Of a DNA stretch of 64,000 nucleotides, positions 35,652 through 45,800 are shown piece after piece (position 1 is the stretch's first letter; every line of letters starts with the position of its first letter). The stretch comes from Phyllosticta citribraziliensis (taxonomy: Eukaryota): contig NW_027117338.1 in the NCBI RefSeq assembly GCF_038025025.1, forward strand, positions 3,100,001-3,164,000, read 5' to 3'. Below the pieces are notes generated by a model. It ran no database searches. It was not told the origin of the DNA and saw only the letters and a program-made list of their open reading frames with translations. A program made the translations under genes and the position numbers.

Positions 35652-38600
35652 ATGGGAGGAGCAAAGGGAAAATCATCCAAGGTACTTTTGCTGCACCTAC
35701 ACCGCCAATTCAGACCGTTCGCTAATCGAGTGCGACCCGCTACCAGTCGGGCCTCCGCCTGCTCTGCTGCTTGAAGGACAAGAGCCAGGCGCGGGATGAG
35801 CCTGTGCCTGAGAAGCCCAGGGTACCGGCCACTGACCAAAAGACGCCAGCCAGTGCCTCGGGGTCAGCGCCAACTCCCCGGGCAGCAAAAAAGGGCTCCG
35901 GCAGCATAAAGAGCGAGGTAAGCACAAGCCATGTCCCATGTCCCTCGACATTGCGGCTTTTCAAAGCCGCAGCCTCTCGTGGAAGTCGCGGTAGAATTTT
36001 CCAGCTGGGCCGGTCTGATGTCTAGACTTAGAAGCGGCCCGCCTCTACCTCAAGCAAAAAAGAACAGCCGGTAGCCAACCAGGAGCCGCCGGCTGCCGAA
36101 GCTCCCAAGAGCGACGACAAGGCGGCTCAAATCGAGCCTTCGCAACCAGCCGCCGACGTCGGCTCTGCCAAAGAAAAGGCAGTAGAATCTCAAGAAGAGC
36201 CCGCCGCCAAGGACGAGCCGTCACCACCACCGCCCAAGACCGAGGTCGGAGGAGTTCCGAAAGAGGAAACCATTCGTCTGGTGGAGGAGAAGCCAGCGAC
36301 CAAGGACGAGAGAGCACCGCCGACGGCCGCCACCGATGGCGACTCTCCCAGCTCGAACTCCGCCAGCAGCATCCAGGGCTCCTCAAAGTACGATGGCACT
36401 TCGCCGCCGTCCACCGCCGATCCGGAGAATCAGGAAAAGCCCGGCTTGCCTGAGGAGCCGGTGCCGTCTTCCGAGCCCCATTTCCCGGCACCTGAAGCTG
36501 CCAAAGAGGAGGCGCCTGAAGAGAAGCCCGAGGAGAAGCCCGAGGAGAAGTCTGAGGAGAAGCCTGAGGAGAAGCCTGAGGAGAAGCCTGAGGAGAAGCC
36601 TGAGGAGAAGCCTGAGGAGAAGTCTCAGGTGCCCGAGGAGGAGGAGCCACCGCCCGCTTACGTCCCAGTTCCGGACACGCCGGTGGACCGCTGCCAGAGT
36701 CCCGATCCTATTGAAGAACAGGGAGCGCCTCCACCAGCAGCAGTGCTGCCGCCCCCGCCGCCCCCCTCCGTTTTCGAAAAGGCATTCCAGCTGCTTAGCG
36801 ATGAGCAGCGTGCCATGGTTGGCTGGGAGGCGTCCAGCGCTCGCAGTCCCCAGGAACTTTTGATCGCCCTCGCCGAGGAGAATCAGGACCACCTGGAGGC
36901 TTCCAAATCCCGCCAGGTAATGAGCGCCGTCTCGCCTTTTCTGAGGTCGGTCCAGCGTGGCTTGGATTGGATCAGTCCCGTAACCAATTTGGAAAAGACG
37001 GCGTCGACTGCGCTTGTTTGCGTCAAGACGGCCACCAACGTAAGCAAATTGGTGTCTTCGATATGGAGACTGAATGCATTCCGACCTTGCTCTACAGTGC
37101 TAACTTTCGTTGCAGATGTTGTCCTCTCTGTGCGAAGGCTCTCAGGAGCTTCGCATCAAGATCAACATGCTTCAAGTCAGATTACCGGAGCTGGAGCTGT
37201 GTGATAAGGTCATTCAGAACGAGAGACTTGAGCACAGCGACCTCGTCGAGGATGTACGTATCCACCAGCAGACAATGGGAGCAGACGCTGACTATCAATA
37301 GGCTCTGATCCGGGTGTACAAGGACATCTTGGACTTTTACCTCGCCGTCACAAGTCTCCTCCGCGGCTCTACCTTTGTTGTTTCTGTGTTCAAGGAGCAA
37401 TTCAGCCTCAAGGTACCTGACACTGTCACAGCCTTTGTGGCGGACGTCGAAACGCTCTCCCGCTGCCTCGTCATCGAAACCTACGGAGAGGTCAAATCCA
37501 TCCGCCACGAGCAGTTGGAACAAAAGGGTGAGACTCATGGGGAGATATTACTGATCTCTGCTGACAATGAATAGTTCACCAGCTCCTCGACACCAACAGA
37601 AACAAGGAGAGCAGCACTTATTTGGAACCCCGTGCTCGTGGCACTTGCGAGTGGATCACCAAGCACGACAGCTTTAGGAGTTGGCATGAATGTTACAGCA
37701 TCCCCCCTCCCGACTCGCCCAGAGCCAACTTTTTGGCACTGATTGGAGACATTGGCAGCGGAAAGTCGATGAACACGGCCTACATCGTGGACCATCTCAA
37801 GGAGGACGCCGAAAACACGTACCCGCGGCCGTCCATCCTCGCCTACTTTTGCAAAGACGACGGCGAGCGCAACCAGGCCGAGAACATTTACTGCAGCCTC
37901 ATCTCACAGCTGCTGACGCACCGCCCGCAACTCCGCCAATCTTTCCTCGCATGGGTCGAGGAGACGAGGACCAAGATTGCATCGAATGCGCCCACGCGGT
38001 CTCGGGACGAATTGCTCGAGTTCATTCTGGCCACTTTCAAGAAGGAGGAGAGCAAGGCGTGGATCTACATCGTCCTGGACGCCTTTGACGAATGCAACGA
38101 CTCGACGCAGACCCATCTCCAAGGCTTGATTGACGGTGTTGCCGCGGCTCAGAGCCATGTCAAGATTTTTGTTTCGTCGAGGCCTGATGGGGACTTGAAG
38201 AACAGACTGCCCAAGGGAACGCTTTTCTTGCCGGCGCGTCCTAAAGAGGAGGACCGTCTTATTGCGCAGCACTACGTCGACAAGTTCTGGCCACAGTACA
38301 AGCTGGCCAACACCAGGGAACAGCAGGGCAGCAGCACGCCGCGAAAGGGTGCCAAGCGCAACAACTCCTCGAGGAGAATTCCCACGGCCAAGAGGGTCAG
38401 CCACGCCAAGAAGCCGTCAATTCCAGTTGCCAAGAAGCCCGACACCGATTCCCAGGGCGATGAGGACGGCGTGAGTGAGGAGGACAAGCGGTCCGATGCC
38501 GAGAACAGGAGCCAGATTGTCAAGAGGCTCGCGGAACGGGCCGACGGCTCCGCCATTTGGATCCGCATGGTGCTCGAGTACGTACGCAGCGGAACGAACG

Positions 38601-40426
38601 CGCGCAAGATTCTGCGCGAGCTCGATGCCGCGCCAGCACGGACTGGCCTGTCGAGAATCTACGCCAAAATCATTGACCGCGCGGTCAAGATGGACTCGGA
38701 CGATGAGGGCAGGCAGTATGAGGCGCGGCGCGTGATTGAGAGGGCGCTATCGACGCTGGCATTCGCGCGCGAGGAGCTGACCCTCGAGCAGCTGGCGTAT
38801 GCCGTTTCGGTGGGTGACGAGCCGACGGACCTATCGCCGCAGCGGCTGCAGCAGCTGATTGAGGACCTCGACTCGGGATATGTGCTCAAGCTCATCCGGC
38901 CGTTGGTCAAGGTTGACGAGGACGACTCCAACCCCTCGATCCGCCTGATCCACCAGTCGCTCAAGGACTGCATCTTGCGTGCCCCTCCCAGCTCGTGGCT
39001 TCTCAAGCCGTACCTCGCCGAGGACCCGGTCGCCAGGGAGCATCATGTCTGGCAGATGAATGCCATGCTCGCTCGGCGCTGCGTCCTCTACGTCCGCCTC
39101 GTTGCGTCGGCCATTCCCAGCAGAAACATTGACCCAGACCGCTCGCTGCACGACCAGATGACTTATGCCTGCTCCCACGACTTCTACCACTACGCTGCCG
39201 TGTGGTGGGGCTACCATATGGCCGAGTGCATGCGGCCTGTGCAGGACCGGGAGCGTCAGATCCAGCAAGCCGAACTCCACAACATTGCTTCCATCATCTG
39301 CTCCGCCGATGCGCAGCCCTACGGCTCGTGGCTGCGGACCTGGGCCTCCAGGCACAGCGAGGGCGACCAGGAACTCCTGTCCAAGGCCGACCACTTCGTC
39401 ATTGCCAACATCTTCGGCCACTACTCGAGCGTTGAGATCCTCCTGCGCACCAACGACCCCAAGAAGCTCCAACTCGGCGAAGGACTGTGCTGGGCTGCTC
39501 GACGAGGCCACGTCGACTGCGTGCAGCTGCTACTCAAGCAGGAGCAGCTCGTCAACAGCGAATGCTACCTCGGAGGCAAAACGGCGCTCGCGTGTGCCGT
39601 CGACAGTGAGTCGGTCGAGTGTATGGCAGCGCTTGTCGACAGCGGCCGCTTCAACCTCGACGAAGCTGATGCGCAGGGCAAGACGGCCATCTCACACGCC
39701 AGCTTCGCCGGCCACGAGCCCATCGTTTCTCTCCTGCTCTCCCGCGGCGCCAACCCCAACTTCGCCGACGCCAGCGGCCGCTCGCCGCTCGCGCACGCGC
39801 TCAACAAGGAGGAGACGGCCGTGATTGACGCGCTGTTGGCGCACCCGGCCGTCGACCTGACCAACGCCGCGGCCTACGAGAAGATTGTCCGGATCGCCGT
39901 GTCCGGCGGCGGCATCGACGGACTCAAGAAGCTGCTCGCGCACCCCAACCTCCCGCCGCACTACGTCCTCCCAGCAGGCGCGACCAACAACCCGTTGATG
40001 GCGGCCGTCGAAGAGCGCAACCCAGCAGCACTCGAACTGCTCCTCGGCTACTGCGCCGAACACGGCTTGAACGTGCTGCGCAAGGAAGCCGACGGCAAGA
40101 CCATCTTCAACGTGGCCGCGGGCATGGAGGAGCCCGTCGGCACGCAGCTGCTGGACGCGCTGCTCAGCGCCGAACCCGCCGGCGCTGCCCTCGAGGACGA
40201 CAACGGCTGGACGCCCCTGCACGCCGCTGTCCACGGCGGCCGTGTCGCCACGCTCGCCGCGCTGCTGTCCAAGTGGCAGGACAGCAACGCCCCGGTCCAC
40301 GTCAACCACCGCGACGCCAAGGGCCGCACGCCGCTGGCGCTGGCGAAGCAGGAGGGCAGGGACAAGGCGGCGGCGCTACTGGAGCGCTTTGGCGGCAAGA
40401 TCATTGATCGCAAGGGCAGCCGGTAG
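35652..40426 (+). CDS. NACHT (NPHP3_N-like) NTPase with C-terminal ankyrin repeats; fungal NLR-like protein, ~1474 aa
   Basis: Introns 35682-35746, 35918-36031, 37040-37115, 37254-37301 and 37528-37574 all join in phase. GTCEWI, Walker A GDIGSGKS, Walker B YIVLDAFDEC, KIFVSSRP, winged-helix RLIHQSLKD, ankyrin motifs (GKTALACA, GKTAISHA, GRSPLAHA, GWTPLHAA, GRTPLALA). The first two exons are less certain than the core. Confidence 0.9.
36518..36625 (+). repeat. Coding minisatellite, 9 x 12 nt, encoding (EEK[P/S])9
   Basis: GAGGAGAAG(CCT/CCC/TCT) tandem units within NLR exon 3. Confidence 0.95.
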
Positions 40427-41045
40427 ATGTTTTGCTGTCAACCGACCATCGCGATGGCCTTGATGTTCCTTTTCTAATCATGAGGAATGGGGACGCCAGA
40501 TACGAGGAGGCATTCTAATACATTAATTTCGGCAGCTCGCTGGTATCGTAGCTACAGCGGCTGCCCGCAGTGGCACTCGCTACCGGCTGTGGTCTTGGTT
40601 GTACATATATTGTACCATATTACTTTGGTTTAGTCGATGGGGAATTGTTGCCTGGCCGGCGAGCTTGGCCACGCACTGTAAATATACGAAGAAAAGACAC
40701 ATGTAGATAAAGACTCTTGCTATTCATCTAACGTTTTCCAGTCCCTTTGGTCAAATTGTGCTATTGGAGACTGACCTGTTACTGTTTGGTGACCCTTGGA
40801 GTTCTCGATCTTCTGTTGTTCAGCACACCATGCTGTTTTCGGTATGAGCTGATCCATACTTTGCGTGTCAAGGGTCCAGTACAAGTACTCGACAAGGCAT
40901 TCGGTACTCAACTGCAGACACCCTTGCCTTCGCAGGCCAAAAGAATTGGAAATCAACAGCCAGTGCTAATTCGGCGCATTTTGTACCTGAGCGAATGAAG
41001 TGTCGACTGGACAACCTAAAAACGACCTCACGGACAGACACTACC

Positions 41046-42164
41046 ATGGACAGCGACAACCAAGACGAGCTCGCACGAGCCACACGAGCCAGGATAGCAG
41101 AATGGGAAGAGCAGGCCGAATTGCGCCGATCCAAATCCCCAGTCGACAAGAAAGCGCTGTGCTGCGACCAATACACGCCAGTGGCAGTCGAATGGCGCAA
41201 AGCCGCTACCGACGCCAAACCCGTCACGTTCGGACATCGTCTCCCCACGCAGAGCACCAAAGCCTCCATCGACCTGTTTTGCGGAGACGGCGACCCGACC
41301 TGTTATGGTGAATATCTCCAGGTGCTGGCGTACATCAAGCTGCGCGTCCCCGTCCACCTGGAGGGCTACACGGTGGGCAAATCGGGCAAGAGAGTCGACC
41401 TGTTCCTCTTCATCGGCGCCGAGACGCTCAACTCGATGAACCTGACGCTCTTCACGAGCCTCGATACCAACGTGCCAGACGCCTGCTCCGCATGCGGCTG
41501 CAGCTGCCGCTCCAAAGGGCCGGCCGAGGGGACGGGCATAGAAGCACGCCGGCTGTCGAGCTTGCCTGCCCACGCCGCGCGCGCCTTCCTCCACGAAAAG
41601 TCGTTCTGGAACATGAAGCTGCGGGGCGGCCACGACTGGGACGGATGGGGCGACTCGTTCTTGTACAAAGGCGACGTCGTCAAGATCGACGTCGGCCTCA
41701 AGCGGCCGCCGCTGCTCATCGCGCCCAACGGCGACATGCCCATCCCCGCGACGCTGGCCTCGCAGAAACTGCTGTCAACGCTGTGTAGCATCGCCGAGGG
41801 TGGCACGCGCCTCACGTTCTACATCCCGCGCAAGTTCGTCGCGTCGTTGAAGCCGCTGGCGCGCTTGCGCCGCGCCGTAGAGACTGGGGGTGGGGAGTTG
41901 GCGACGCCGCGCGACGGCGCGAGGTTTGACCGGTTCTACCGCTACGGATGGTCGAGATTCAGAGACTCCAGGGCTTATCGCCCGGATGAGGAGAAGTTGG
42001 TCGGGGCCGTTGTGGAGTTCAGCCCGGGCGCGAGTTGGAGAAGGCCCAGAGCACCGGTTCGTCCATCTCAGGCCGCTGATGGTAGGAAGCTTCCCTTGTT
42101 TCCCCCCCCTTTTCATTACTCGACCTGCCAGCACCGGAGGTCTTGCTCGAGAAAGGTGTCCTGA
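41046..42164 (+). CDS. Uncharacterised protein, family copy D (~372 aa)
   Basis: ACCATGG start at 41046 (frame open from ATG 40995); GC3-biased core; clear by-eye alignment to copy A. Confidence 0.85.
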   Translation: MDSDNQDELARATRARIAEWEEQAELRRSKSPVDKKALCCDQYTPVAVEWRKAATDAKPVTFGHRLPTQSTKASIDLFCGDGDPTCYGEYLQVLAYIKLRVPVHLEGYTVGKSGKRVDLFLFIGAETLNSMNLTLFTSLDTNVPDACSACGCSCRSKGPAEGTGIEARRLSSLPAHAARAFLHEKSFWNMKLRGGHDWDGWGDSFLYKGDVVKIDVGLKRPPLLIAPNGDMPIPATLASQKLLSTLCSIAEGGTRLTFYIPRKFVASLKPLARLRRAVETGGGELATPRDGARFDRFYRYGWSRFRDSRAYRPDEEKLVGAVVEFSPGASWRRPRAPVRPSQAADGRKLPLFPPPFHYSTCQHRRSCSRKVS

Positions 42165-42847
42165 AGAACGTGCTGATTTTCAATTCAGATCGCTCGTCGG
42201 AATATGACGAGTGCTCATCTCGATCTGAGGACTATTCTTCTGACAACCCCTTGGAATCGCAAAGAAAAAGACAGAGGATGATGGAGTGAGTGATTGCAGA
42301 TGCGGAAGTCGCCAAAGAGGTTGGAAATTTATTAGTTGAGACAAAGTCGACAGTGAAGGACACTACCCTTGAGGTGGCTTGATAGACTGTGAAAGGCCCG
42401 TATTCACCTCCATCGACAAAACAAAAGCATTGAAATCAAACTCTAAGTAAATTCGTAGCACCATAGCCTCCCCAACAATACCTACGTACCTGTCTACCTA
42501 AACCAGCACCAAATGACCAACCGACCGACGAAAACCGTAGACAAGACCGCCACCCACGCACCAACACTTGCTCTTGACCCATCGCCTTCATGAAGTTAAA
42601 CGCAAGAAGAGAAACAAAGTGGAGAAGATGATGAAGATTAAGAAAAAACCCGTAATCAAAAGAAGGGGATCATGAAATCCCGCCATACCCATGCCTGCCA
42701 GCCTGCCTACCATCCACGCTCGCTGAAGCAAAAAGGCCCGTCTACGCTCGACCTTTCCCAACCCCATGAGACCGCACTGTGTTCCTTCCTGTCCACACCA
42801 CCACTCCACACCACCACCACCACCACCGCATACCCACTCCCCACCAC

Positions 42848-45800
42848 CTACAAATACGGCATCCAAAGCGGATCCGTCATGCACAGCTTCGCCGGATTAA
42901 CCGCCATAGCCACAAGATCAATGACGGTCTGATTCGCCGGCAAATTATTGCTCGTGGGGCACTCGGCGAGGCCCTTAGCGCGCTTGACAATCTGGGCCGA
43001 GTTGTGCTCGACCGAGTCGCGCAGCTGGTTCTCGGTGGCGCCCGACGCCGACGACGACAGCGACGACGGCGGCTGCCGGTGCTGCTGCGTGTGCCAGTGC
43101 AGCATCTCGTCGCGCACGAAGACCGACAGCTGCATCTCGAGCTCGCCCTCGGGCTCGACCAGGCAGCGCGCGATGGCCATGAGCGCCGGCGCGAAGATGC
43201 CCTCCGTGGCCAGCGGGCCCATGAGCGTCTGCAGGTTGGGCGTCAGCCGGAAGGGGACCGGCTCCGGGTTGTGGAAGAGCGGCTTGCCGCCCGCCATGCT
43301 AGGGACGAGCTCCGAGCCCCAGATGTTGCCCGTGCGCCGCGATATGTTCATCTTGTGCGGGTATCGCGTGTTCATGTGCATGATGTACGTGATGAAGGTG
43401 ACGGCTGCCAGCTGGTTGGAGAATTGCCGCCGGAAGAGCCATAGGTCCGCAAACTCGGGGTACGTGGCGTTGAAGTATTCGAGGACGGCTGTCGGTGGGA
43501 CGTACTTTTCTTGCACCGCGGCGAAGATTTCGAGCCGGATCGACGCGCTGTGCTCCATGTTGCGCTGGCGGATCACGTCGGCGTTGGGATGGCCCGACGC
43601 TGGCTGCGCTGTCATGAGTTGCGGTCCAATGCTGCGTAGCTTTTCGATAGCAAACAGAATCGGCTCGTCCTTGTTCACGCCATTGCGTCGGCAGTGGTCC
43701 TCATAGATGCCCTGCAAGCTAATGTACGACGAGTCTTCTTGGACCATGCGGACACCGGGCGACAGAGGCACCATGAGGGGCAGCGTGAACTGCAAGTTGC
43801 GGCGCCTGCTCTCCTTGCGCTTGGCCAGAATGGTGTTGAAGATGCGGAAGAGCTGCAAGATGCGCTCCTCCCGCCTGCAGCTCCTAGCCGCAGGGTGCTG
43901 TATTGCAAAAGGGTGAATGCTGCCATCGTGGCCGCGGATTTTCAACCTCCTGTGGCAGAAGCCCACCGTCCTGACCAAGTCAATGTCTGGCAAGAATCGC
44001 TCGATGCGCATAAAGTCCTGGTTCTTGTCGCGATGCAGCAGATACTGCCCGGGCACCTCAATCTCGTCGAACTTTTGGTACTTGAAGTCGCTGAGGTGCG
44101 TCGTGTAGGCCTCGAGGTTGTGCGTCAGACGCCGGCGATCCAGCTTCTCCTCAAAGCGGTTGCGCCACTTGCGCAGCTTCTGGATGTACTCGTGCATCGT
44201 CGGCTTCTTGTTGACAAAGTCGGCTTCGAACGAGCGGCGAATGTGCGGTGGCAGGACCGACTCGGCGAACCGAGTGATGTTGGCTTCGGTCGAGCTGGGC
44301 AACTTGACGTCTTGCGCGTACAGAGCCGGCTGACGACCAACGTAGCTCAGACCGTCGTTGAGCAGCGCGACAATGAGCCGGTAGGCGTCCTCGTCGGGCG
44401 GACACTTGAAGTGCTTGGCGATGCCATCGCTCATGGTCTCCATAGACAGCGCCAGCAGAGGGAATGCCGTCTTGAGCGCGGCCATGACCTCTTCGACATA
44501 GTCCCACGGCTTCTTGGGGACTGAAGACTGCTCGCCACCCGGCGTGCCTGAGCCTTCGGGCTTTGCACCATTTGCCTGGCCGTTTTGACCTTGGCCACCA
44601 TTGGCCGTCGACCCCTCGCCATTCTGCTGAGACTGGCCGCCTCCTTGCGCATGCTGCGCCGACTGCTGCGCCTTTTGCTTGAGCATCTTCTCCCTCGCCT
44701 CCTTGGCCTCCTGCTGCTTGCGAATCTGGTGGTAGTCCTCGCGGCTGGTGCGGAGCTGGAAGAAGAGGGCCTGCGGATACGTCTTGGCCAGCTTGCCCAG
44801 AATCTGGCGGCAGATGGGGGCCTCGGGCCTCGCCAGGCCGCCAAAGAGCTGTGGAATGTACGTGATCCAGTACCAAGACGGAGTGTCTCCCTTGAAGTTC
44901 TCAAACGCCTTGGCCAGCTGCCGCTCAGAGTTGTCCAGGCTGAGCAGCCACAGCACGCGGCCCAGCAGCTCGCGCGACTTGTGGTTCTTGTACGAGCCCG
45001 CCGCCTCGAGGTAGCAGCTGATGGCATTCTCGGCCTTGCTAAGGTCCTGCGGGTTCTCCTTGAACAGGTTGTCGTTGTAGCGGCCCCACTCCTTCCAGGC
45101 CTTGGGAAGCTTGATGTCAAAGTACAGCGCGCTACCGTAGGCGTCATTGGCGTCATTCTTCTGGCCCAACTTGGCCAAGAACATGCCCTTGAGCGTGTAG
45201 AACTCGGCCTTTTGCTGCGCACCAAAGTAGTTGAGGTTGGTATTGTTAATGACGTCCAAGCCGCTGTTGAGCTCCGCCTTGTTCTGGTAGTGGCACTTGG
45301 CCTGCTCTCTCAGCTTGAGGAAAGCTTCTTGTATCTCAATGTTAGGGAGTGTGTAGATGCGGCTGAGCTGATTGATACAGACTTCCGGCAGGCTGTGCTT
45401 GCGCGCCACATGGGCGAAGCGGTTGATGATCCATGCCGTCTCGTGGTATCCGCGATAGGCAAACGAATTGCCACTGGCATTGCCCTGGGGGTTCGGAAGC
45501 AGCTGCAAGTACTTGCCATTGATGAGGTGGAAAATGTGCTGACGCCAAGTAACCAGGTCCTGCCAGGCATTAATGTCGTCCCAGAAATTGGGCAGTCTGT
45601 CCCTCCAAGTACTCAGGAGAAGCTTAAGCTCCTGAGACTTGTGATCGAGGTTCTGCTGGTTCGTGTTGGCCAAGCTGTTGCAGATGACGCTGGCATCGTG
45701 CAGCTCGACCAGCTGCTGGAAGTTTTGAAGCAGAGGGATATGCGCGTTGGTGATGCGTTTGGGCAGCTGGTGCCACTTCCTGATCGACAGCTGGATGGCA

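Noticed and set aside
35652..37600. Amyloid signalling motif or HeLo/HET effector domain at the NLR N-terminus
   Set aside because: No G/N/Q pseudo-repeat or recognisable effector motif seen; the region is an E/K/P linker followed by a generic helical NACHT-N segment.
42848..43900. Missing kinase catalytic residues in the TRA1 PIKK domain
   Set aside because: Well-known property of all Tra1/TRRAP proteins.
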